Positions 29,713 through 38,249 are shown, counted from the first letter of the stretch. The stretch: DNA of 64,000 bases from an uncultured Streptococcus sp. (GCF_963521255.1 NZ_CAUQTU010000010.1:3866-67865), one strand, 5' to 3'. Notes: generated by a model from the letters alone, not told the origin. Numbers and translations are program-made.

Positions 29713-30252
29713 TTAATCTCCTAATCCATTTGCATCATTCAGTTGAATCATCCATTCCTTAATAGTTTTTAATTTTACGATTGATACATAGAAGGTTTGA
29801 AATATTCTGTTTGGCAGGCAAAATAGATTGTATTCATTGTCACTTGCATCTATGTAATAAATCTTGTTTAATTTTGTAGAAAAATTTATTTTTCCTTTAG
29901 TTCTAGAATCAACCGAATAAAAGTCATCCAGTTGTTCTCTAGTTAAGTATTCTTTCAATATTTCAATATCTTCTATATCATTTATTAAAGTCATCAGTGG
30001 AAATTCAAAATCTGTAACTCCTCTTTTAACAAATATAGCAAAATATAGTTGCGCTAACTCCTTGTTACTAATTTTACAATATTCTAAAATAACCCCTCTT
30101 TCATTTACTAAAATGAAAAATTCGTCTTCTCTTTTTTCTAGAATATAAATCATATCCACATTATCATATGCCTGCAACTTGTTATTTATTGAAACAATTT
30201 CGACATTGCTGATAAACCTTTTCAAACTTACAATATATTCATTATCAAACAT
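29713..30252 (-). CDS. hypothetical cytoplasmic protein
   Basis: 179-181 aa ORF. ATG 30252 lies 6 nt after GAGGAA. No recognisable motif. Confidence 0.6.
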   Translation of the reverse strand: MFDNEYIVSLKRFISNVEIVSINNKLQAYDNVDMIYILEKREDEFFILVNERGVILEYCKISNKELAQLYFAIFVKRGVTDFEFPLMTLINDIEDIEILKEYLTREQLDDFYSVDSRTKGKINFSTKLNKIYYIDASDNEYNLFCLPNRIFQTFYVSIVKLKTIKEWMIQLNDANGLGD

Positions 30253-30373
30253 TATCATTTCCTCGAAACAGATTCCATTTTTTTCTTCTATTAGATTGAA
30301 ACCACAGTATCACAACATTACTTTTCAATAGAATTTAAAAAGTTATCAATAAATTGTGGCCCAATAATAAGAA

Positions 30374-31369
30374 CTATTTTGATTGTTTATATAAGTGTTC
30401 TAGTAATTGCCGACATTTTTCGTCAATCAATTCTCTATTAGCCAGCTGATAAATCCATTTTTCTGGGATGCCTTCCAGTTGATAGTGGGCTCCAGCCAAG
30501 GTACCTGTAATGGCACCGATGGTATCTGTATCCCCTCCAAGATTAATGGCTTTTAGAACAGCTTCTTCAAAACTATCTGTTGTACCTAAACACCAGAGAC
30601 AAGCCTTCAAGGTATCAACAACATAGCCTGTGGAAGCAATATCTTCCATAGATTTTTGATAAAATTCTCTATCAAATATTTCTCTAAAATGTTCCTGATA
30701 CTCTTCCCAGTATTCTGATTTTTTCTTGAAATAATCTTCAAGATAAGGTTTTGATTGACAAAGTAATTTTTCTAAACGAATGTTAAGAAGAAAACCGATT
30801 AAAAGCTGGACATAAAGAATAGATGCCACGATAGACCTTGGATGAGCATGAGTCAGCTTAGTATATTTCTCAATTATTTTTGATCTATAACTGAAATCAA
30901 AATTTTCATATAAGAGCAAAGCTAAGGGAGATATCCTCATCAGAGCTCCATTGCCATTATCTCTCTCACTAGTTCCTCCACATTTCTCTGGAGAGACTCC
31001 TGCCAAATACCGTTCAATCGCCTGATTAGTCGCAACACCAATATCAAAGCAGTATCCAAAAGGTGTGAGGTAGCCCTGACGATAAGCTACAAATTTATCC
31101 ATCAACCCATTCAAATCAGAATCCTCACATAGGTGTTCAATAAGTGCTAAGGATAAAGAAGTATCATCTGACCAGGTACCAGCTGGTTGATTATAGGTTC
31201 CATAACCCACCATATCTGAAATATGATAGGTATCTCTATTTCTGAACTCTACAGGGACTCCCAGTGCATCACCTATAGCTAGACCAAAGATAACCGAATT
31301 TATCTTTTGTTTAAGATTATATCTTCTATACTGATTTGAATCATCTTCCCATTTATCTTTTAATCTCAT
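30374..31369 (-). CDS. ADP-ribosylglycohydrolase (ARH/DraG family)
   Basis: 331 aa. Family motifs GDALGVPVEF near the N-terminus, WSDDTS, and GGDTDTIGAITGTLAGA near the C-terminus (binuclear metal site). AGGAG Shine-Dalgarno. Confidence 0.85.
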   Translation of the reverse strand: MRLKDKWEDDSNQYRRYNLKQKINSVIFGLAIGDALGVPVEFRNRDTYHISDMVGYGTYNQPAGTWSDDTSLSLALIEHLCEDSDLNGLMDKFVAYRQGYLTPFGYCFDIGVATNQAIERYLAGVSPEKCGGTSERDNGNGALMRISPLALLLYENFDFSYRSKIIEKYTKLTHAHPRSIVASILYVQLLIGFLLNIRLEKLLCQSKPYLEDYFKKKSEYWEEYQEHFREIFDREFYQKSMEDIASTGYVVDTLKACLWCLGTTDSFEEAVLKAINLGGDTDTIGAITGTLAGAHYQLEGIPEKWIYQLANRELIDEKCRQLLEHLYKQSK

Positions 31370-31553
31370 AGTCTTCTCCTATTGTATTAAATCCATTTTT
31401 AGAATAATTTTATCATCAACTATCTGCTGATTATTTCTTCCCTGAAACATATTTATCTTCTCTTTTGTCCTAACCAAACTTTAGCTAGTTCTCAATGACC
31501 TAGAAAGCTAAACAGATCTTTTACAAAATTCACATATCCTGCCTCAAATTAAA

Positions 31554-32201
31554 TCATTTTCCTTCCTCGTCCCATAGCGGCGAAGGATAGGGGTGTGAAA
31601 AGCCAAGTTCATTTGCCAACTGTTCCGCATGAACTGTCTGACTAAGAATCTTAAAGAATTCATCCTTTGCTTCCTTCATCGTATTAAACTCCCATGTTTT
31701 CCCTACAATATATGAGCGTTCATCCCTACTGTTAATCTGAAACTTACCATTTTTAAAAAACAAATGTGTTGCCCACGGTTTCCTGCTATCTTCATCAAAC
31801 AAGACATAATACAAGCTTTCAAGACCTCGTTCTTTAATCTCCTTTTCCACTATATTTTTTAAAGTTTCGATATCGATATCTAGTTTACCCCATAGTGGAG
31901 AAGGATATTGTGGCACAAAGCCATTGGAAATATAGTACTTATTTCTTGAAACGGTATGGTCTAACAATTCCAAAAATTTTTCTTTTGCATCAGGAAAATC
32001 AGAATACTCAAAAACTCTTCCTTTTCCAGCCCTATCCCTTGTTAAATATACCTCATACTTATGAGTTTGAGGATTGAGTTCAATTCTCGTTTCCCACTCC
32101 CAGGGATTATGGTCATTGAAAATTGAAAATCTCAAACTATCATAGCCTCGTTTTTGAATCTCCGATAAAAGCTCCGATCGTTCTTGCTCTCTATTAAACA
32201 T
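31554..32201 (-). CDS. two-module protein (A-module + B-module of an unknown about 105-aa family ending in SPLW)
   Basis: Residues 1-106 resemble the product of 34464..34793. Residues 107-215 resemble the product of 34809..35135. Both halves end in YPSPLW(G/D). Confidence 0.75.
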   Translation of the reverse strand: MFNREQERSELLSEIQKRGYDSLRFSIFNDHNPWEWETRIELNPQTHKYEVYLTRDRAGKGRVFEYSDFPDAKEKFLELLDHTVSRNKYYISNGFVPQYPSPLWGKLDIDIETLKNIVEKEIKERGLESLYYVLFDEDSRKPWATHLFFKNGKFQINSRDERSYIVGKTWEFNTMKEAKDEFFKILSQTVHAEQLANELGFSHPYPSPLWDEEGK

Positions 32202-32230
32202 TGTTCCTTTTCTCCTCTAAGATTTTGAGA

Positions 32231-32581
32231 CTACAACCATCCCTTGGCTTTTAAAAACTTATCTGGAATACGAAGCTCGAGCTCATCCTTGATTCCTTTT
32301 AGGTATTCATCCCAATCTGTTATTTGGCTGTATACAGCTGGCTCTTTGGTCAGGGATAAGTTCACTTCTTTCGTTAATACAATGAAGAACTCGCAGAGGT
32401 CATTCTCATAATCAAATTCAATAGTAAAGTAATCGTAAGACTTAAAGTCTATTTTAAACGCATGATAGTTGGCTTCTTCAACAACATCATAAATACTAGA
32501 AGAATCCATCTTATGATCAAAATAAGTTCGAATCATTCGGCTCGTTTCTACAGCAAACTTATCGGTTTCATTTAATTTCAA
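32231..32581 (-). CDS. hypothetical small acidic protein
   Basis: 116-aa ORF with a TTG start 9 nt after GAGGAG. Confidence 0.55.
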   Translation of the reverse strand: MKLNETDKFAVETSRMIRTYFDHKMDSSSIYDVVEEANYHAFKIDFKSYDYFTIEFDYENDLCEFFIVLTKEVNLSLTKEPAVYSQITDWDEYLKGIKDELELRIPDKFLKAKGWL

Positions 32582-32626
32582 AATATTATTCTCCTCAAAG
32601 ACATCATTTCTTTAAAATCTATTTGG

Positions 32627-33028
32627 TCAATTCTTTAATAAAACTTCCGCTCTATCTGAATCTATAAAGTCTTTCAATAGTTGCAAGGTGTGTTCAACAG
32701 ACTTTTCATCACGGCCATACACTCTTCTTATACTCTTAACATCAATAACCTTGGATAAAAAAGTGATTGAAAATCTCTGTTCATCCATTTGAGTGAACCA
32801 AATGTTAAACAAGCCACCCTCTCCAACTTCCAATTGCCTATTTTTACCGGTTGATGATATCCCCATCGTCATATGATATCCCTTATACGCGAATGGAAAA
32901 TTAAAATTTTCATCTTCTCCTTCATGAATGGCAATCGTATCAAGGTCAATCGAAAAAATTTTCTCTAAAACTTGTTTGACATTCTGATAACCTAAACTAT
33001 CTCTTGTAGGTAAGTAACCTTCGCTCAT
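32627..33028 (-). CDS. hypothetical small protein
   Basis: 133-aa ORF with a GGAGG Shine-Dalgarno. Confidence 0.6.
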   Translation of the reverse strand: MSEGYLPTRDSLGYQNVKQVLEKIFSIDLDTIAIHEGEDENFNFPFAYKGYHMTMGISSTGKNRQLEVGEGGLFNIWFTQMDEQRFSITFLSKVIDVKSIRRVYGRDEKSVEHTLQLLKDFIDSDRAEVLLKN

Positions 33029-33119
33029 TTACGAGACCTCCAAATATTTTCGAAATTCTCAAACTTCTATTACTTTGATAGAGTCAAATCAACTATTTTC
33101 CCCGTCTTTATATCGACTT

Positions 33120-33392
33120 TTAATCTTCTGTCGAATAAAGCCAGTCTTCTCTCAAAGTCATCTGTTCAAAGGGATAACTATTATTGCTGTATCCACTATT
33201 ATTTATCGTCCAGACTACATTTCCACTCGCATCAATCCTTAAAATGTTATTCTTTTCACTCTCATTATCAAAAGGAATCTCCAATAAAACAATAAATTCG
33301 TCACCGTGTTCAATTATATTTCGGATTTCAAATGTAAAAGATTTGATAATTTCACCATTTTCTATTAGCTGATGTTTTTTATATTCTAGCAT
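33120..33392 (-). CDS. hypothetical small protein
   Basis: 90-aa ORF in the same orientation and with the same codon style as its neighbours. Confidence 0.5.
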   Translation of the reverse strand: MLEYKKHQLIENGEIIKSFTFEIRNIIEHGDEFIVLLEIPFDNESEKNNILRIDASGNVVWTINNSGYSNNSYPFEQMTLREDWLYSTED

Positions 33393-33485
33393 TGTATCAA
33401 CCTTTCATCTGAGAATACCTACGTTAATCATTCTTTTAATCGTTTCTTCGTATTCTTGTTAAATCAATATCCTTTCATCACACTG

Positions 33486-33959
33486 CTAATCCTGTAACAT
33501 AGCTAAAAACTCTGTAAAGTTATTAGCTACAAACTCTATAGCAGGATCCAGCTCGTACGATTCCTCATGATACCAGATACACATGCTTGGATTTTCGGAA
33601 TTCTCGACATAATTTAGACAGAGAAAATCTCCACCATACAATGCTACTATGGGAATCAACTCAAATCCCAAAATATCTTCATGGACAAACAATCTTTCAT
33701 CCAGTTGGGACATTACAACATCAATGTCATACATGCCAAGTGGATTGTCTTTTGAATTCTCTAACACACACAAGAATCGCTCGATTAAAAAGGACCTATT
33801 TGTTACTGAAAATAAATTTTTGGAAGGGCGAAAACCATTTTTTCTCATTATAAAATTCTTATAATCATCAGGCAGTTTAACTCTCCACGCTACTTCTCTT
33901 TCATTTAATAGCGCATCAGTTGGCAAGGGGGAGATAATCGATTGATCTTGTTGTGTCAT
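33486..33959 (-). CDS. SMI1/KNR4 (SUKH-1) family immunity-type protein
   Basis: 157 aa. KLPDDYKNFIMRKNGF near the N-terminus, IPIVALYGGDFLCLNY, and a C-terminal FTEFLAMLQ. This is the typical SUKH layout. Confidence 0.8.
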   Translation of the reverse strand: MTQQDQSIISPLPTDALLNEREVAWRVKLPDDYKNFIMRKNGFRPSKNLFSVTNRSFLIERFLCVLENSKDNPLGMYDIDVVMSQLDERLFVHEDILGFELIPIVALYGGDFLCLNYVENSENPSMCIWYHEESYELDPAIEFVANNFTEFLAMLQD

Positions 33960-33968
33960 ATTCTTCTC

Positions 33969-34412
33969 CTACTGTTCCTCGCTTTTCACTTCCTCAAACC
34001 ATTTTTCAAACTCTAGACGTGGAAGCAATTCTTCATCCTTCTCATAACGCCCTTCATAGCTATAGCGACTATTAAGGGTATTTTTCTGTGCATCATAAAT
34101 CAACCACATCTCAGTCGGATGTTCACGATTATATTCTTGGCAAACCTCCTGCAATTTCTGCATATCTTTAGTTCCATATTTCAATAAAGCAAATGCCATA
34201 TTATCAGAATCATCTACTTTTTTTGTCGCAACTTCATTAACTTTTTCCATTCCAATTACAATACCATTAATTTTATAAAATGGCTTAAAACTATACAAAC
34301 TGTCCGCTATCGCATAGATATATACTTTTTCTGCTTGATTTTGGACATATTCCATTGCTAACGAAATCATACCTACTTGAACTTCCATAAATTTATCTTC
34401 GAATTGTGTCAT
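33969..34412 (-). CDS. YezG/EsaG (DUF600)-like immunity-type protein
   Basis: 147 aa. AEKVYIYAIAD...FKPFYKING and EMWLIYDAQKNTLNSRYSYE recall the WEKVY.YA / two-half layout of DUF600 proteins. This assignment is from memory only. Confidence 0.5.
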   Translation of the reverse strand: MTQFEDKFMEVQVGMISLAMEYVQNQAEKVYIYAIADSLYSFKPFYKINGIVIGMEKVNEVATKKVDDSDNMAFALLKYGTKDMQKLQEVCQEYNREHPTEMWLIYDAQKNTLNSRYSYEGRYEKDEELLPRLEFEKWFEEVKSEEQ

Positions 34413-34463
34413 AATATCTCCTTGTATTTGTATCTTATTGATTCTAACTTATCTTAGCACTTG

Positions 34464-34793
34464 TTATTCTGTTTCATTATCCCATAATGGAGAGGAGTAT
34501 TCAGGAACTTCCCCATTTTCTACAAAAAGTTTATTTATTTCTAGAGTAAGATCTAGTTTTTCTAGAAATTTATTTTTAGCATCCTCAAAATTATAGAATT
34601 CCAATTTTTTATTAAAACTTGCTCGATCCATGGTAGCGTAGACATTGTACACTTGCTTAGAATCGTCATATTCGATTACCACTTCCCATTCACTAGGACC
34701 ATATTCGTTAAAGATAGAATACCTCAAGCTCTCGTAACCTAAATCATGAATGGCTGACAACAGTTCTAAACGTTCTTGGGCTTCATCTCTCAT
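34464..34793 (-). CDS. single A-module protein (SPLW family)
   Basis: 109 aa. MRDEAQERLELLSAIHDLGYESLRYSIFNE...EYSSPLWDNETE. AAGGAGG Shine-Dalgarno. Confidence 0.7.
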   Translation of the reverse strand: MRDEAQERLELLSAIHDLGYESLRYSIFNEYGPSEWEVVIEYDDSKQVYNVYATMDRASFNKKLEFYNFEDAKNKFLEKLDLTLEINKLFVENGEVPEYSSPLWDNETE

Positions 34794-34808
34794 CTTTGCT
34801 TGACCTCC

Positions 34809-35135
34809 TTATTTATCCCACAAACTACATGAATAGTAGGGTGAATCTCCATTCTGTACAAAATATCTGTTCATTTCGATAAAAGACTCCATTAAATTAA
34901 GAAAAAATAGTTTTGCCTCTTCAAAATTGTCAAACTCCCTTGTTTTCCCCATTATATAGGTCCGGTCGTCTCGACTATTTACCATAAACTTCCCATCTCG
35001 ATAGTATAGATGTATGGCCCAAAGTTGACTACTATGTTCATCAAATAGAGCATAATAAAGATTTTCAAAGCCTTTTTCTCTGATTTCTTTTTCTACATCT
35101 TGTTTTAACAAATCTAAATTCAAATTATTATTCAT
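34809..35135 (-). CDS. single B-module protein (SPLW family)
   Basis: 108 aa. LLKQDVEKEIREKGFENLYYALFDE...GKFMVNSRDDRTYIMGKTREF...YYSCSLWDK. Confidence 0.65.
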   Translation of the reverse strand: MNNNLNLDLLKQDVEKEIREKGFENLYYALFDEHSSQLWAIHLYYRDGKFMVNSRDDRTYIMGKTREFDNFEEAKLFFLNLMESFIEMNRYFVQNGDSPYYSCSLWDK

Positions 35136-35185
35136 ATTATTGTCCCAATTAACAGTTTATCTATAGAGTGTTACAAGTCCCATCA

Positions 35186-35728
35186 CTATTTCTCAATAAT
35201 GGAAAAACGTTCATTTTTTTGATATTTTTGATTCAATCTTTCCAGCTGGTTCATTGGTTTTATTTTAACAAGACCGTTTGGGAAAGTGATGCTGTCGTTC
35301 AATTCCTCTTGATAATCCTTAATTCCTTTAGCAATTGCTTGGGCAACTGTCGACGTATGGATTGTAAAACTAGCTATATTTTTTTCTTGCATAAAAAGGA
35401 TTGCATCAAAAAACAAAACCGAAATATACAAATCAACAGCAGAACGCTGCGATAACTCTATAAGATCGCCTTCTAATATATCTTGAATCTTATCAATATC
35501 ATTCTGCTTGTAGAAATACTCAGCTAATACTTGGCAAATATCAGTCGGAAAAAGATCTGGTACAGAGGTCGGAGGATCTATGCGATATCTTTTTTCACCT
35601 CTCAAAATCCCTGCAACATTGCCAGCTTGGATAGCTTCTAACAAGAGTTTTCTGTAATTTTTCATTTGATAATCTCTCTTATCTCCAATTTCGAAGAGAC
35701 TTAGTTCGTTCTCTGCAAAATTTACCAT
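35186..35728 (-). CDS. hypothetical protein
   Basis: 180-aa ORF with a weak Shine-Dalgarno and no motif recognised. Confidence 0.5.
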   Translation of the reverse strand: MVNFAENELSLFEIGDKRDYQMKNYRKLLLEAIQAGNVAGILRGEKRYRIDPPTSVPDLFPTDICQVLAEYFYKQNDIDKIQDILEGDLIELSQRSAVDLYISVLFFDAILFMQEKNIASFTIHTSTVAQAIAKGIKDYQEELNDSITFPNGLVKIKPMNQLERLNQKYQKNERFSIIEK

Positions 35729-35780
35729 TTTGTTTTTATTAAGATTAGTTTCCGCTTTTTAATCGCTACTCGCTAGAATT

Positions 35781-36143
35781 TCAGCACCTTCGGGTAAATA
35801 TTTCTTCCAGTTCGGCCTTTGTGAATAAGCCTTGCGCTTTAGGATTTCCTCTTAAAGCTTCTGGATATTGCCTCAGGAAATTTCTATCAGCTTCTTCTTG
35901 TGTCACGTTCGGTGGCCAATAATCGTATTTAACCTTGCAAGATATTTCAAGTAGAGTCCGTTCTCCACTCTCTAGTAAGGTAAATAATTCATTTGGTAAA
36001 TCATAGACTGCTAACCAAGAAGCCACGGTTCCTTCTTCAAAAACTAAATAATACTTGTCCTCATTTCTCCAGATGGATTTCCCGTATCCTTTAACTTCTT
36101 CAAACTTAATAACATCTTCCCATTCTAGTTTTGTTGATTTCAT
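35781..36143 (-). CDS. hypothetical protein, paralog pair member (KLxWEDVIxFxEVKGYGKSIWRNEDKYYLV family)
   Basis: 120 aa. The first 75 residues are close to those of 36156..36578, and the DNA is near-identical over about 55 nt. Confidence 0.7.
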   Translation of the reverse strand: MKSTKLEWEDVIKFEEVKGYGKSIWRNEDKYYLVFEEGTVASWLAVYDLPNELFTLLESGERTLLEISCKVKYDYWPPNVTQEEADRNFLRQYPEALRGNPKAQGLFTKAELEEIFTRRC

Positions 36144-36155
36144 TCTATACCTCTT

Positions 36156-36578
36156 TTACTTAAGTGGCGATACATAATCATCTGGAAGTTTGCCCATTGA
36201 TTCTATCCATTGTTGTTCAGCTTGGGGAATAAGTTTTTCAAGTTCTTTATTACTAAAAAGCAACTGATTTTTACGGTTGGAAATCAGCACAATTGGCTTT
36301 TTTCTAGCTCTATCTTTTCTAATTTCGTTCTTTTCTTCTTCCGTCGGTGGCCAACAATCGTTCTGAATCTTCCAAGATACTTCGACTAGTGATCTCTCTC
36401 CACTATCTAATAGGGAGAATAATTCCTGGGGTAAATCATAGACAACTAACCAAGAAGCTATGGTCCCTTCTTCTAAAACCAAATAATACTTGTCCTCATT
36501 TCTCCAGATGGATTTCCCGTATCCTTTAACTTCTTTGAACTGGATAACATCTTCCCATTGTAGTTTTGTTGGTTTCAT
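36156..36578 (-). CDS. hypothetical protein, paralog pair member
   Basis: Start moved to ATG 36578 (MKPTKLQWEDV) behind GGAG, by analogy with the paralog (MKSTKLEWEDV). Confidence 0.7.
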   Translation of the reverse strand: MKPTKLQWEDVIQFKEVKGYGKSIWRNEDKYYLVLEEGTIASWLVVYDLPQELFSLLDSGERSLVEVSWKIQNDCWPPTEEEKNEIRKDRARKKPIVLISNRKNQLLFSNKELEKLIPQAEQQWIESMGKLPDDYVSPLK

Positions 36579-36648
36579 TTGTTTTCTCCTAGTATAAATT
36601 CTTCTCTCAACCAAAATATCGTAAAAATCAGGTTTCTATTTCTCTTCA

Positions 36649-37206
36649 TCAATAGGCTACGCCTTCTTTTACCCATTTTCTAGTTTCTAAATCTAAATTA
36701 AAATAGAAATCACTTCGACCAGATTTATCAAAACAATCCTCTTTAAGAGCCTCGCATACAATTCTCAGTTTCTTCTTACTTATCTCAGAAATATATAACA
36801 TAGTAAATCCTGCAGGAGATTCAATTTGATCCATTTTTTCACCTTCTAAATTATAAATCTCTAATTCTGATGGTATATCAAAATTGCTTGATGAGCGACA
36901 TATACTGAAGATACGCTGATTGTTAGGGTTAAAGCAAAGATGATGTAAATGTTGAAAAATAACCTGATGCTTCCCATTATGATTCCAATCTAGGGTTCCT
37001 TCTAGTAGATTTTGTTTCCCTAACAATTTTCCTTCTAAACTAAAGTAGAAAATGATTTTGCTTACAAAGTTTTCTCCACTATAGACGATAACAATGTTCT
37101 CATCTTTATTATATTCCGCATGAATGATATCTGGTAGTTCTATCTTTATTACAGAACCATCCCACTCCCATATGACCATCCGGTCACTGTAATCGATTTT
37201 CATCAT
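36649..37206 (-). CDS. hypothetical protein
   Basis: 185-aa ORF with an AGGAG Shine-Dalgarno. Confidence 0.6.
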   Translation of the reverse strand: MMKIDYSDRMVIWEWDGSVIKIELPDIIHAEYNKDENIVIVYSGENFVSKIIFYFSLEGKLLGKQNLLEGTLDWNHNGKHQVIFQHLHHLCFNPNNQRIFSICRSSSNFDIPSELEIYNLEGEKMDQIESPAGFTMLYISEISKKKLRIVCEALKEDCFDKSGRSDFYFNLDLETRKWVKEGVAY

Positions 37207-37223
37207 CCTTCTCCTAGTCTAAC

Positions 37224-37457
37224 TCAAATAAATTCAATCTGTATTGTTTGCTCAGTCATCATGGAATCCACTTCCTCGACAAGTTTATCTATCTCGTTCT
37301 GTGTGATAGGAATGTGATTGTAAGGTGGCTCCCAATTCTGTATACTTGACCTATATACAAGAAAACTATTATCAGTCAGCAGTTCTCCCTCTGCTTTTAA
37401 AACATAGCCATTTTCATAGTCAAAAGTAATGTTACCGCTTGTCCCAGAAATTTTCAT
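37224..37457 (-). CDS. hypothetical small protein, first gene of the island
   Basis: 77-aa ORF with a GAAGGA Shine-Dalgarno. Confidence 0.55.
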   Translation of the reverse strand: MKISGTSGNITFDYENGYVLKAEGELLTDNSFLVYRSSIQNWEPPYNHIPITQNEIDKLVEEVDSMMTEQTIQIEFI

Positions 37458-37577
37458 TCTATTTCCTTCTTTACTAAAACATCATTATTCTTCTTAGGAA
37501 TCTAAATCCTAATACTCAATCCAACCCCATAATAAGGAGAGAAATTCCCCTCCAAATAAGCACTTATACTTTCTCCT

Positions 37578-37612
37578 ATTATACCACACCTCCATTTTCA
37601 TCTGAAATGGTT
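37578..37612 (-). promoter_or_regulatory. candidate promoter of the island operon
   Basis: Minus strand reads TTCAGA, about 17-18 nt, then TGgTATAAT (extended -10 at 37578-37586), about 120 nt upstream of the first island gene. Confidence 0.5.
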
Positions 37613-37628
37613 TCCATTTTAGGACAAG

Positions 37629-37652
37629 AAAAAAACACTGATCATTCAGTGC
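37629..37652 (-). terminator. intrinsic terminator after tRNA-Arg
   Basis: Minus strand reads CACTGA-atga-TCAGTG followed by TTTTTTT. Confidence 0.7.
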
Positions 37653-37669
37653 TTTTTCGATTGAACTAT

Positions 37670-37741
37670 TGCCCCCTGCCGGAATCGAACCAGCAACTAC
37701 TCCTTAGGAGGGAGTTGTTATATCCATTGAACTAAGGGAGC
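37670..37741 (-). tRNA. tRNA-Arg (anticodon CCU)
   Basis: Minus strand reads GCTCCCTTAGTTCAATGGATATAACAACTCCCTCCTAAGGAGTAGTTGCTGGTTCGATTCCGGCAGGGGGCA. It folds with a 7-bp acceptor stem, an anticodon stem ACTCC/GGAGT with loop CTCCTAA, and a T-arm GCTGG-TTCGATT-CCGGC. CCA is not encoded. Confidence 0.9.
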
Positions 37742-37744
37742 TAG

Positions 37745-37770
37745 ATAAAAACTCTGCTGAATGAGCAGAG
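37745..37770 (-). terminator. intrinsic terminator after rplS
   Basis: Minus strand reads CTCTGCT-cattc-AGCAGAG followed by TTTTTAT. Confidence 0.7.
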
Positions 37771-37783
37771 TTTTTTAGTCGAA

Positions 37784-38131
37784 TTAACGACGGATTTCTT
37801 TGATACGAGCTGCCTTACCTTGAAGAGCACGCAAGTAGTACAATTTCGCACGACGTACTTTACCGTAACGAACAACTTCAATCTTTTCAACACGTGGAGT
37901 GTGGATTGGGAAGATACGCTCAACACCTACACCGTTAGAGATTTTACGAACTGTGTAGTTTTCTGAGATGCCAGCACCTTTACGTGCGATAACAACACCT
38001 TCAAAAATCTGGATACGTTCACGGTTACCTTCGACAACTTTCGCGTGTACACGAACAGTGTCACCAGGACGGAATGATGGGATATCTGTACGAAGTTGAC
38101 CTTCAGTCAAGCTTTGGATTAATGGATTCAT
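37784..38131 (-). CDS. rplS: 50S ribosomal protein L19
   Basis: 115 aa. [29 protein letters not shown] is a canonical L19 start. Confidence 0.97.
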
Positions 38132-38249
38132 TTTATTCTCCTATCTTTGTCAATCTTGAGGAACCTTCCTCAGCGGATAAACTGTATTTTTGTGCGTCCA
38201 TTACACACAAGATACAGTTTACCAAATTTCTAGATAAAAGTAAAGAAAT

